A stretch of 64,000 nt of DNA from Phallusia mammillata. Taxonomy: Eukaryota. Made by a program: the position numbers and the translations under genes. This document shows positions 24,134-45,178 of this stretch, piece by piece. Under the pieces are notes generated by a model. The model was not told where the DNA came from and did not search any database. It saw only the letters and a program-made list of their open reading frames with translations. Location of the stretch: the NCBI GenBank assembly GCA_965637545.1, contig OZ281496.1, forward strand, positions 26,288,001 to 26,352,000, given 5' to 3'. Every line of letters begins with the position of its first letter. The first letter of the stretch is position 1.

Positions 24134-27100
24134 TCAGCTGTACATGCAGCCTAAAGGAATTGTACTGTCACGTGACATGCCACCGTACAAGAAATCGGCC
24201 GCAGCCGCCGCTGCCATTTGATTGACAGCTTGAGGGTGATGACGCGAGGCGGTCGCTATATGAGGGGGTGCCGGGTAACCGTAGTGTGACGTCATCGTAT
24301 CTGGAATCATTGCAGGAGCAGAGTTGAATGGATGGTGCGGGTGGTGGTTAAGCGGGGAAAAACCTGCCGCTGCTGCTAAGGCCGCTGCCGTGTTAGAATA
24401 ATGAGCCTGCATGCCTGGATGGTACATGCCAGGGGGCGGGCCTCCGGTCATGTGACCTGCGAGTTGTTCATGCGGAACAGACTCTCTCATTCTCTCTTCG
24501 CGCCGCTCTTTCTTCCACTTCATCCTTCGGTTCTGGAACCAGATTTTTACCTGCCGGTCTGTGAGCTTAACTGCCTTGGCAACCTGAAAAGAATACAGGG
24601 GCTGTCATAATGATAGGACTTGGTATATAAACCTTTTGTCAATTGTATTTCAAGCTACCAAAAAGATTGGAATTCCAAAAACACGTTTAAATGATTTTAC
24701 AAAGTGATTTTCTAAATCGATCGTTAAGAAACAGCGTTTGGTTTTTATATTTATGTCCTAATTTCCAGTATGTTGGAAGTTATCCTTTTACAAATATCAT
24801 TTGCTGGCGGATTTAACTTACTTCCAATCTTCGTTCCCTAGATAAATATTGGTTGTAATGAAACTCTTTTTCCAGTTCGAGGAGCTGGAACTTTGTGTAT
24901 GGCACGCGCTTCTTGCGCCCACTGGCTGTCAGCCAATTCTTTGTTGGATCGCTTTCTAAAAAGAAATGCGGTTTTGTAACAACTTGTTAGCAGTCATCAG
25001 AGAAGATACAGAATGTAAACGTAGACAAACATTTTGCGCAATATGTATGAAAACTAGTCATTTATAAAAGGTATCTTACATTTATCATTAAACATCTGAG
25101 CCACGATACAATCGCTTTTTTTAATTTAGTAATAAACGCACTAAACTCAATCGGCATAAGAGGAGTTTGGTTGCCAAACAAGTTGACTAAACCCAGTTAG
25201 AATAATACACATATACAACTTCTTTTGAAACCAGGTCATTTCAAGATATACAATGCGGTAACGCATCTTCAGTAACATGGCAAGTTCACGAAGTGGATTG
25301 TGATTGTCCACCAGTCGCCCTTTTGTTCAAGTTCAAAAGCGCCCGTAAATTGTTAGAAAGAGTCAAACAATTACGGTGAGCCGTAAATAATTTTCCCAGT
25401 AGCGGCGTGCGACTTGACCTAAACCTAAGTTACGCGACCTGGGTTTACTACAGGTCAGCGAGCAGTAAAGTGAACCGTAATAACCCCGTGCCCGGTTAAC
25501 GTTGCACAAGTGAACCCGACAGCTTCGCGAAAGTTTAGGAGGAGCAATAAAGTTGATGGCATGCGACGGCTAGGTGTGCTTTGTCTCCTGAGAAACAACT
25601 GATCTGATGCGATATTTTTTTTTTATGCCAACCGTACTGTTCCAAAATGCTTTTTTGTTTCGTAGTTTTTGCAAAAATACATTCGCACTTAATTTTTTCC
25701 AATATAATTTTTCCCATTTGTGGAAGTGTTTGTCAGGAAATATAAAAACTTGTATTTTATATTAGTGCTTATTCAATGCGTTTGTATAACTGTTGTTTGC
25801 TTTCAAAATATTATTTATGCTTGAAACTTTCGCTGTGCAAAACTTTGACAAAAATATATCCACTTGTTGAATTATTTTGTAGATTCTAGGCGGACTTTTC
25901 GCTTGACTTGGAAACATTGAATTGCCGGGGAAAAAAAGAAAAATCGCGTTGCTTTCCTTTTTGAGGTACGTAATTTTCTGAATAACTTTTTTGTACACAT
26001 GTATAATGGAGAAACGCCGTGGCCATAAAACAACAAGTTTACTCTACCCACTTTACGCACCTGCCTGATTTAGCCGAGAGGCCCAGATATCAGCCAGTTT
26101 ATTGCCCGGGAATTGGCGTTAACAAGGCCGCGGGTCGTAAACGATTTTACGATGTTTCAAAGTTCGATCCCCTACAACGGTGGAGAGCCGCCATTATGGG
26201 TTGGCGCGTCTTGTCGCTTAAAATCTTTCTCCTTTCTATTTTTGCGTTGTAAATTCGAATAAATTCTACTACTTTGTATCCGTTTACAGAAGCGAAGAAA
26301 ATTAAAAAAAAGGTAATTTTGTGCTGTACAAAACAAACCAATTAAATAAACAAAAACAATAGTTGTGTATATGATACCCTACAAAAAAATACAAACAAAC
26401 ACTTTAAATTGCATAATCACCTACTCTGATTTTAATGCAGTATTACATTCAAAATTAAGAAAACCATTTAAATTGTCAGAGAAATTGCGAACTGAAAGCA
26501 AACAATTTTTGTAAACGTTTAACAGGCGCTAATTTAGTGGCCAAAACTACCGTATCTTTTTAAGCATGGCATAAAAACGTTTACATTAAAATTGTTTCCT
26601 AAACGCGCAATGCTTTTTACAATTGCAGCTTGTAAAGCTTTGTTTATTTTCAGAAATAATTTCTGTGGTATCTCTAAACTGTTTGTCCAGTTTTACTAAA
26701 CTGTACTCGATCTTATACTTGTATTCATTGTTACCATCGATATTTTCGAGAGAAGATACATTTTCAACTCAAACTGCCTTTTATCCTTCTTTTTAGAAAT
26801 TGTTAAACATGATAGACCTACACCCTAAATTTTGTACTATTCCCTAAAACTTTAAGTACCGAAAATATCAGTCCTTAACGTCAGTGTTTTCATTTTAAAA
26901 TGTAGGCCTAATTTATTTTGAATGTATTTTTTCCTGGATAACCAATACATCTTTTCTAGTAACGTATTGTGGACTTATAAACGGTTATTAAAATATCTCA
27001 ACCCACACAGTCGCGCAGCCAAACTAAAATCCAAAGTCTTACCGTCAGTTGATCCTAAATCTCCTTTTCCATCCGCTCCAAACGGAGACACGGACGTTTG

Positions 27101-27859
27101 ATCGTTTGAAAAGGGAGAGTCAATTTTCTCAGACTTCATCACGTCTTCTTGTGGATAAGAAGACAAACTCTTTCTCAAGTCGGAAGAAGCTTCCTCGATT
27201 CCAGCGCCAACCCCCCAGCCATTATGCTGTGTCGATGTCGGAGCCGTTTTAAGGTCGGAAAGAATGGATGAAACCGGAAAAGTTGGGACAGATGTTGTCT
27301 TGTTGGCGTCAAGCGCTGCTTGAAACACAGACGTTGCTGGAATCAACGGGTTTCGATCAGGCGTTGATGCTTCTCTGGATTTTTGATTTTCCAACAAGTG
27401 ATTCTGTTGCTCCTGTTGGGAGTCTACGTTAGTACCAGTTACTCCTTCTTCGGGGTAGTACTTCTCTGGTGATGTAACAATGGGATGGGAGGGTACAGCA
27501 TGAATTGGAGGGAGGAAATTTTCACTTGTTACTTGATGATCGCGGAATAGATTTGGCCTATACCCTCCATTTGAACCTCCAGTATCGTATAAGTTGCTCA
27601 TAATGAATGGATTGTTCTTGTCTGATGCGTCCAGTCCACTTTGATTCTTTTTCTCTTGGTAAGCAACTGCAGAAAAGCCAGATCTAGGGCTTGGGTCAAC
27701 GTAGTCAAGTGAAGATACCTCGTCTACACGTTTTAGGTGATTTTGAAAAGCAGGAATGTTCGATTTTTCTGCTGAAGTTGGACAAAGTCGACTGTCGTAC
27801 ACACAAAAGTTGCTTTGGCTGTGCGAATTGGGGTCTTTGTCAGTCAGTGGAGTGCTCAT
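24134..27859 (-). CDS. Hox10: AbdB-class homeobox protein Hox10, about 466 aa, 3 exons
   Basis: Exons 27859-27043, 24955-24822 and 24583-24134 join in frame to give ...[40 protein letters not shown]|[26 protein letters not shown]. The NWLTA motif and RKKRxPY are typical of AbdB/Hox10. There is an intron between homeodomain residues 33 and 34. Confidence 0.92.
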
Positions 27860-30800
27860 TGTATCTATTACCTACAGCTGAAGCGATATTAAAATTTTAA
27901 TTTAAAAATATAATTTTAGCTAAATAAATCTTAATTTTTATTTTTTCGCAAGCTGCGTAAAAAAAGGCCAAAAACCAAAAAATATTTAACGTTAATTTGA
28001 ATAAAAAATGAAAAGTTTGAACTTATCCTCGAACAAAACAAACCAACTAAGCACAATATTTATGTTTAATAATTTAAAAATTCATACTAAACGTACGAAA
28101 ATATATTGTCGATTAAATACTGTGCGCGCAATGATTACGACCATAGATTTTTTGAAACAGGGCGAACCTTTTATACCTTTCCTCCCTCAAACGTAAAACT
28201 TAGATAGTTTATTTTTCCTGTTCCTATTCTTCTGTTGCAAATTTACATCGTCTACCTGCTACATACGCAGACATAATACTGCACACTGGTTACCTTTGTG
28301 CACTGCAGTAGCAATAAAGAAATTAGGTTTGTTTGCAAGTCCGCCATTTAACTGAGCGCTTATTTCGAGAGAAACAAAAGAAGAAGGCACTCGGTTCTCT
28401 CGAAGCCAGTTTGTTGGCAGCTAATTTCACGGACCCAGAGTCACCCATTGTCAATCATAGCATTCTCCATTTTAACGTCAAACTAAAGCATTTAATACAG
28501 CACAAGGCATTAACTACAGCGTCAAACATAGCACAATACATCATCTTCTGTTGATGACTTTTGTAAGTTTATTTTATTAAATTCGTCTCAATTTTTATTG
28601 TATTTAATGACATAATTTAAAGTAAGAACCAAAAGTCCATTTTTTGGTTTAATATTCTTTTTAATGTTATACTTTGTGCATCACAAAAGTCCAAAGTTCG
28701 TTCAACAAAAGCAATCAGCTTTATTTCAAAGAAAATGCAAGAAATTTATTACTTTACAACAATACATTTGACAGAAAACAAATCTTAGGCCAACATAGCC
28801 GGGCCAATTGTCAACAGTCGCATTGTTTTGATTGCTCGCATATTTGTAACTCGCCAGACTTCCATTGATACCCTATATCATTCTATACAGAAGTACGTTA
28901 TGGCGCTTTATAGCAAAACTATAAAGTTTGCGACTAATGCGTAAAAACGACCATAAAGTTTATTTTCCAACTGATGCGTGGTTCTATTACCGCCATATTC
29001 GACTGTCTGATCTAGATTGCAGTGCGTAACAGTTTAATGGCGCTCTTTGGTTGCTCAGTGTGCTGCCTGTCAAAACGTTATTTCGGTTTACGTTCTTTTT
29101 AAATTGCTTATTTGTTCAATTAATAGTACGCGTTGGCCAAGGTGAATACCCTTTATATTCTTATCATTTAGACTGGAAACGATTTTTCGGTACAAAAGTG
29201 TGTTTTGTTCTTTAATGTCAACTAAAACTAGACAAATTTATTTCTAAACGCTTTTTGTATTTGCTTTTTTCATGGGTCTTGAACAAATGCCAAAACAGTT
29301 TTTCTATAATATACTTACTATATTAAAAAAATGTACAATAACAAACAATATGAACGTTGAATGTTGAGCTGATATGTTTAGTGTTGCGTTCTGCAATTTT
29401 CTGCTGATTGTGCACAAATATGTCGTAACCCTTACACAAAGTTCTATTTTCCCGTCCTCGCTTAGCTGTTGACAATCAACCGGGTCCTGTATGGCTTCGG
29501 GCCCGTGCTTGGGCCTGACATATGTATTTTACGGGAACTCGTAAATACGGATCTGATAATGATTTACACGACCCAACCTGACAACATCTCATAACTCTTG
29601 CTCTTTTTAAGCTCATGCATGGACTGTTGCTGTATTTACGGATTTGCTGGAGTACATTTCCGAATGCGCCTTTTTTACATTGCCATTTAGATCAGCACTT
29701 ATCTTGCTCGTCTGGTTATAAATCTAATTGTTACGATCAGCCTTGTTTTAAAGCTGTGCTAATAGGGCGTTAAATTGTATATTTCAAGCTAGCCTTGTAG
29801 CGTGTATTCCTAACCCCATAGTTTATGGCAGCGCATATGTTACATGTTTGCTTAGCATCTTTGATTTAAATTTCACAGCACATATATAAACAAAACGCGC
29901 GTTTCTTAACTCAAACTGTACAATCTTTTGACTAAGGTTTTTTCTGCTTTTATATTGCCGCCAAGTAATTAAACAAATTCACTGACATAAAATTGAATAT
30001 GCTATGTTTGCTAACGCAACAAAACCCTATCGGCAAATAGAAAATCATACAAACATATATCTAATGTTACAGTTCATTTTCTTCCATAAAAATTCGTTTG
30101 CTATTTAAATTACGCTTTTAATCGTAACTTAAAAAAGTTCGGGCTGCGAAATAAGCAAAAGTTCTCACCGAGACGATCGAAAACGAAAAGAATTTTGTGA
30201 ATGAAGTTTTCGTCTTGGCAAGGAATTTAGCGTCGCGTGACGAGGCAATCCGTTATGACCTCATAAAAGTCATTGAGGCCTCGCAATTTGACGGAATGAC
30301 GCAAATTTATCGCCTAAAAGTCTGTACACCGGGAATCTGCCTTTATTTGCACAACGACTCGTGTCAACACAACGCCGAATCCAAACGCTCTTAATTATCG
30401 CACGAAATTAAGTCGTCCGTCCCCATTTCCATTGTGGCCCGCCAAGAAACGCTTTCGATCGGGGGGCTGAGTTTGTGACGTCAAAGAGGGTTTAGGGGGT
30501 TCTACGTCCGGTCGAATTCGCCAGCCCCCGGATACGCCGGACTTTGACGTCGTAAAAGGCTTTTCGCACATTTTATGACGCAATAAAGAGGTCGCTGCTG
30601 CTTGAGGCTTGCGTGAGCGACCCGAGCGCGATCAATACCGTTACCTGGCGACCCCAGCAATGTCATATATCGTGCGGGGCAGGTCGGTAAATATGGCTGG
30701 CCCCGCAGCCTGCTGACATGCTGGGCCTGCTCACAGAGGTAAATCAAAGTTAATAAAAGTCGTTTGCGCCGGTGGCGGAACATACGGCCCTTGGTCCCCG

Positions 30801-31260
30801 GCGCCGTTTGGGCGATGAGTCCCGTGGTAGATGCTAATTTACGAGCCCTTTGCCAATAACTGCGCTTACACCAGACTATCAGTAAATATGTCCCGTACCA
30901 AACCAGATCGACGACCGCTTTAAGCTATGTTTGGCGACCATTTTGTAGCAGATACTGATCGTAAAACGAATATCGTATGAATTTTGGTTTACCTGTAATC
31001 AGTAGGGGTCTTTACAGAAAACTTATTTGCACGCAAGTCAATTACTAAGAAATGTGGCACGTTTCCAAACAAAACTCTATCAATATTATTCATAAAGCGA
31101 TCATTAATAATCATATTATCGTTGCAGAAATATGTTTTTCTTAAACACTTAATTCCACTGTACCGTTTGATGCTCACAATGTTTACATGCTATAATGTCA
31201 GAAAACATGTCTGTAAAAGACTTGTTGCAAAATTACTCAAAGTCCCATTGCGATGTGTAG

Positions 31261-31277
31261 TGACCTCGACGTGACCT
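31261..31277 (-). promoter_or_regulatory. Candidate DR5 retinoic acid response element between Hox5 and Hox10
   Basis: Plus strand TGACCT-CGACG-TGACCT, which is AGGTCA(N5)AGGTCA on the minus strand with two perfect half-sites. Confidence 0.5.
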
Positions 31278-34200
31278 TGTGCTCTGCCCTCCGCGATGTA
31301 AACACCATGTACCAAATTTTATGTGGGTGGTGGTCGACCATGTTTAGCGGTTTTTATATCAGCGAAGTCAGTTAAGTATCAACATGGGCAATTCGCAAGC
31401 AAGTTCGAATTTAGGGCCAAAACACATGCTGTTTGTTGTTTTTAATTGTTTTTTGTTTGAATATTTGCGTCCGTGCAATGCTTTGTTACAGAAAGGCGAG
31501 ATTGAACAGTAGTCACTGGGACTCGCTCTCATGAAAATTAATTGTTTAACTACACTTTGCGATTACAATACAGTCGCACAAAATTTTAAAAATGTAAATG
31601 TTATGTCACATTATTTAGGAATTAGGACAAAAGTCAATTGTTTTCTACTAATACGTTTTAAAAAAAGCTCAACTGATCCTATAGAGTATTTTGATTGCTG
31701 ATAGCTCTTGTGAAACGCTTCCGAAAATCAAATGAATTTTAAGTAAACATCCAACCCTTTTGCTCTATACACTCTCTAACAAAATTCTTTGTCTTATTTT
31801 GACCAATTGTTTTGCCGATTTTTATCTTAAATTTTAATTCTTATCTAGCATTTTGAAAAACACCAGAATATTGAAACTCCGTCGCAAAAACTTACAAGAT
31901 AAATGTTTGTTTTTTTCGATTTCCCCCATGCTTAGTCGATCTAAGCGAGATGTCACTCAGCGACGATTTGCTATCGAAAGGATGTAAGTTTACGACCTAA
32001 AAGCAATTTCGTTTTAATGGCTGACACTACGCTGTTTGTAAGCCTCACTCCTCAATGGGTTCCGCGACAGGTGTAAAGTGATAGCCTTTAATATCTCCTC
32101 ATTGAAAATCCTAAACCTTTATGTCTTTACAAATAGCGCAACTTATGCCTTTTTCCGAACCGTATTGATTTACAGTTAAAAAACAATAATATTTGGTAGG
32201 TTTGCCAACACAGGTTCGCGCACGTGCCCGTCCAGCAGCAAAGCAATCAGCGTAATATTAGAGTCCATATAGTCTTTATGATGCCGAAAATTTATTGAAA
32301 ACAAAAATTATTGCTTTTTAACGCGACAAAAATGTTTTAAACGGATAACATTCTTTTATTTTTATTTTCCTGTATTACTTCAATTTTTTATCCAAACTTT
32401 ACTCCTTTTTACTTCTACCCTGCCATTAAGAAATCATTTTGCACAATGAGGGAACCTCATTCAATCCTGAATTAAATATCCCTACCGAGTCTAGTTAAAA
32501 TTCCAAACTGTCATATAAAATCAGAGAGAGTGATCAAAAGGGACGGACAGATTTATATTGAGTAGGAATAATTTCCAATTTCCATGTGGTATTTTCTCCA
32601 TTTTATTGCCTATATTTATTAGACAGGGGCGTTACGTCATTTTGCAGTGAGTTCACTGACCCAAACGGCTTACCTATAACTACAAAGAAATACTTAGTGG
32701 GTGTAATTGTTATGTTACACAGTTTTTTTGTGTAAATAAAAGACTGGCGTCAATGATGCGGTGCAGTGGTCTCGGCAACCGGTCGTAAAAAAGTGACTCA
32801 TGATCTGTTTAGGTGTGCAAAAGTTACCGGTAGGTAGCGCTACGTTACCAAGCAGAAGTGCATGGTATTGTTGGTGAATAGATTGACGTGCGCAACTCAT
32901 ACACACTCATAAAACAACTTATCGGGACTTGTAAAATGGAATTTTTGTGGAAGCTTCGTGGGTTCGAACCTTAAAAAACGAGCATTCTTCTAACGCAGTT
33001 CGTTGCTGTAACACCAATTCAACTCACTTGTAGAGGTTTGAAATCAATGTTTCTGAGTTTGAAAGTGATTAACGCTAATAACGTTAATATAACTTATGTT
33101 TTGCTCATTACTATGTGAGAGACAAAATTTTATAGTAATTCAATTGTCAAATAGAAGTCTTGAATTACACCACTAATGTCCTCCGCAAATCAATGAAAAA
33201 CTAGTCGATCTGTGTTTTAAATGTTTCTAGTTTACAACTTCGGCTATGGTTTACAATTGTTGTCAATATTAATCATCTCCTTCTGATGCGATGCGCGCGA
33301 CCGTACATAATATCTCTTTGTTTGCAATTAGTTGTGCTCGAGCGCTTTCCAATTCTCGGCGCGTGTCGCGACGCATTGTTACGCAACAATGGACTCCACG
33401 CCGAGCCGCGCGTGCCTTCGTAGACTGATAGCTTTCGCCTTAGAAAATAAAGTGCTAGTATATACTTAGCAAATATAAAATCTATTGCAGCTCAATCTCA
33501 ATCGTTCAGTCTACAATCCATTCGACATAGTTAAGACATCATACTGTGATCGAAATGTGATATTCATCATACAGAGCGATAAATCATAAAAGCCAGAAAG
33601 AAACTCTATGTAAAGTAGCATACTGAATTTTATTTTTTTATTCGTAAGGTATTGCGGGTGGTGTTTCCTAATGTTATACGGGCTCCACGCGCAAGGCTTG
33701 TTCGGAGGTCGTTCGGTCATGTATCCACAATAGCAACAATATGCGTTTTAATGGATTTATAATTTGTATAAACCTGTCGTGTTCGGTAGCGCTGGATCAA
33801 TGGTAGTCAATTTTGTCGTTCAGAAAACATGACACAGTTGCGATATTGAAACCGATACCTTATTAGCTATCGAATTGCACTTTACAGACTTTGGTCAGAC
33901 CGTTTCATTTGATTAACAACACATAGTAAGATGGTTAAGTTCAGAAAGCGATGCTCGCTGTATTATTTAGTACAGATTTAATTAAACTTGTGTGGTGTTG
34001 TGTGTAAAGTGCGTTACTCTGTTATAACCTTCGTATTTGCTATACCCATTGGCATTCATTTATCAGAATTTCTATTGCGAAAATTCCTTGTCGAATAAAG
34101 CAAAATCAGCAAACATGCAAACGAGTTTGGTTGTGCTTGTTTTAAATCGTCGGCAATAAGAAACCGTCTACAAGTTATAAAATGCACGTAAACACAAAAC

Positions 34201-34677
34201 AAAATCACATTGAAGAGATTAGAAGCGCGTTGTGTAATACTACCCATACATAATTGAATATGGATAACGATTTTAAACTAGAAAAAAGAAAATCTATTTG
34301 CGTCTTTACATAATCAATTATTCGGTGACGAAGCAAAACGAAACGAAATAAAATAATCATTAGCGACATCTGCCGGCAAGTGGATTGCGTAGTGCGTTCC
34401 CCCTAGCGGAACAATATTTGGGAAAATAATAGAAATCACGTACAAAAACTTGCACATACGCTCTATTCCCATTATTGATTGCGGTTTTCATACTGTAAAC
34501 TTGAAAAAAAAATCAATTACTTTATGTTTTTTAACAAATTTTGACTTTGTCATATGCATGTTGAAGTAAAAGCAGCAAGGTGACAAAAATTACCCAATGA
34601 AAGTGAGCGAAAAAGACAATGTAAAGTACATCTTTATCGTCTTTTGAAGCATTTTAAAATCTCAACCTTTCAAATAA

Positions 34678-42094
<7,417 letters not shown>

Positions 42095-45000
42095 ATTTGT
42101 GGAATTGAAAAGCACTTGTGGATTTTTGCAGCAATTTGCGAAACAACAAAAATACAACAGCCTTCCTATGTTTGAAACTCCATTACAGCTTTTATTGAAG
42201 ATCTAAATTAATTTGACTGTCAAAGAGAAGCACCAAATCAACATATGGGACGTTATGGACAAACAAAAATCGAACTACACGATTTTGGGGTGTGTATCAC
42301 ATTCTTTATTAATATGTACTCCTTAATAAAGTTATGAACTAAATATTGCTTTACTTTGCAAAAGTATTTTCCTAAAAAAGCCTTCACGAACCTAAGGAAA
42401 TTGTTCTTTTTCAAAATGGCGTCCAACGAAATCACTACCTAATAGCAAATACTTTTTGTTTGAAACAAAATCGTCTTGTCTTGGTTGTTTTAAATCTTTT
42501 CGAAAACAAGGTCTTTCAATTGTTTTCAACTGTCTGCGAAAGTTTTTATACCAGCACCAGAAAGAATGTCGATTATATAGGCTTAATGACAATGACTGTC
42601 TTTATAATCTGAAATCGGAACTTGTTTATTCCAACATAATAATTTTCTATTTTAAAATGTTTCTCTTTATATAAAAACGGGGATTAAAGAGCATCGAAGT
42701 GTTTAGCTCCTACACATTGATGTTACAAAATGGCGTTCAACGGTCACGTCGGTCAACATGATGTTTTATCAATTCTAAACCCTCGTTTTAATTGCTCGTA
42801 CCATATTACAACCATTCCACAGAACACCGTGTTCGAACCACGTAATTTAGACATAACATAACAGTTTTATTAAAAATCTTAAGGTAAAAACAAGAGAATT
42901 TACTCCTGTAACAAGGAAATTCTTTTCATCTTTCGCACTGCCTTAACCACACAATTACAACCATTCCTTGTGGTTGAAGTTGTTCTGCTAAATTCAGTTA
43001 CCAATATTTTGTAAATAAATCTAAATTTAAATTATGGGGTGCTCATGTCAAAAAGGATACTAAAAACGTCCCACCAATATTTTACTCTCAACTAACAAGC
43101 ATTTAGCAATTAATATGGTTCCAGTTGCAATTCCAACGGATCGGATCTAACAAAGTCACTTGAAAAAGGTGAAATAAACGCGTTCTGACAGCGAAGGTTA
43201 TTTAACTGTGTTTAACTGGCCAAAATAACTCAACCACAAGCAATATCTTAGCAGGAGAACCACTAACATCACTAAACAGTGTTGCTTCTTAATCTTGACT
43301 CTTCCATGAATAGTGGCCCCTTAAGGCGTCTAGACGCTGCGTAAACTCGTCCCCACTGAGCAAGTTCATATCTCTGCCCAGCCCAGCTGACTGCTCGTTG
43401 CAAATGAGACGTAGAGATAGCGAGTCCGGGTTGAAAAGTTCGGTTGCTTTTGCGTCCAAGGTCTTACGCCTTGTGGGTTTTATGGCCATTTAGTCGCCAC
43501 TGATCGCCTGGCAGAAATCAACGAAAGTCACCAGTCCATTAAATTGCATTGGAATTGGACTTGGCCCGACACACCAAATTATGATCAGCGTTTGCTGTAA
43601 GGTTACGGATTTAATTGGACGCAATGATTTGTTGTTGACAGTAAAAAAACCCAATTGACCCCTGTGCATTTGGTTTGCATTGAGAACAAGTTGGTAAATT
43701 GGATTTTGGGCTTGTTTTAATTCTCATTATTTGTCATGTGAAATCAATTAAAATGTTTTTTAAAGAAAAGTTGTTTTCAAAAATCATTTTTTTTACATTT
43801 TAATTGGTTTTGTGTAAAGACGCGGAAAATCTTATCGACCGGAAAAGTGTTTTTGATAAATTTGTGAAAGAAGATAACTTGATTGGTTTCCGTGTTTAGA
43901 AACACTAAAATCCTAACATACGATATTATACATGCCACCACTTATAACGCATTAACTAGGAATGCGCGATCAGAAAGGTTAACTGCAGGCGCAGAACAGT
44001 TTGCTTATTTATTCAACCTGATTCGGGGATTAAGTCTTTACGTACATTCGCCATCTTCCAAGGCTTCAAGGAATCACAAGCTCGCCGCGACGGCTATTCA
44101 TAAAGATCACCGCCTCTACTCTGTTTCTTCGGAGAAAAACTTTGTTAAGCCACGTTCCTCACCGTAATCTACACGGCCGCCCGCTGGTCTGCCAAAGCAA
44201 TAGGCGCTACTATGCGCGGCGCTTGTGTTGCGTTTTGATGGATGATGATTCCGTAGGCTTCACCCGCCTCAAGTGAGGTAGCGTTTTTTTGCCTTTGCCG
44301 TTTGGGTTGAGAAAATATCGTGCGTGACTGTCGGCCAGAGGCTGCGAAAGCAAAATAAGAGGCCGCGCTAGAAGGCCAAGGCCATTGTAATGAATAGTGA
44401 GTCTAATCCATCACACTCGTGTCGACACTGCGGGTTTTGCGCTTCTTTCCGCTGTGACGGAAACTGATAGACCGACCTAGGTAGGGTACTTCTTTGAACA
44501 CGCGTTTTTCTTGAAATCCAGGATAGCTCTGCGCTGTCCAGTACAGCCAACAGGAAAAACTATATTCATTACACGCTGTGGGCAGTTCGTAAAGGTTCGT
44601 TAATTAGACACATAGGCTGGCCACATGAGTTTATGTAAACACCTCGATTTCAGTAACTTAAAACGTTGAGGCGAAACCTTCAAATTATTTTTGTTTGGCA
44701 TAGTTTGTAGTTTGTGTGTTATGTCGGTGATACAGTGCCAACCTTCATTAAAAGTTTTTGCAATGGTTTGCTAATTTTTAAACCAGTGGACTTTATTTAA
44801 TAGCGAAAATGACAAATTTGTTTAATTTTTTACTGTGCTTTGTATCCTAGCTCCTTAAACCGTGACTCGTACCAACTAAATTTTGTGCAATGCACCTATT
44901 TAATTTGTCACAAAATTCTTATTACATTTTACAGAGTGGTCACCTTTGAAAAATTACAATCAGACCAAAAATATTAGTAATGGAAAAACACAACTACCGT

Positions 45001-45178
45001 ACACTTTCAGTTGGACTTTCACATTTTGGGGTAGGTATACACATTTAGCGACGGGTAAACAATAGTATAACTACTCAAGTTTGTTGTGTTTCTTGTCCTA
45101 CTGTATCAATGCAATGAATATAGGCAAGTTCAAGAAAAGTCAATTTTTTCCAACTTCTAAAGACAAATTCTGGTTTGA

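Noticed and set aside
25225-25275. CTGAAGA-TGCG(TTAC)CGCA...GAAA on the minus strand resembling a hammerhead
   Set aside because: Eleven extra nucleotides separate helix II from GAAA, and helices I and III do not form.
26975-27042. C-terminal end of the 294-aa ORF ([21 protein letters not shown])
   Set aside because: Read-through into intron 1 of Hox10; the strong donor G|GTAAGA at 27042 gives the in-phase join to the homeobox exon.
32955-32975. GGGTTCGAACC B-box-like motif (a similar one is at 48053-48070)
   Set aside because: No cloverleaf, A-box or acceptor stem; cannot support a tRNA or SINE.
33355-33405. Hairpin CTCGGCG...CATTGTT-ACGC-AACAATG...CGCCGAG 3' of Hox5
   Set aside because: Two 7-bp stems separated by large unpaired loops; too short and irregular for a pre-miRNA call.
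43289-43489. 66-aa ORF upstream of Hox5, and similar short ORFs at 23690, 26019, 30395-30783, 35744 and 36199
   Set aside because: No domains or splice support; they overlap motif-rich non-coding or UTR sequence.
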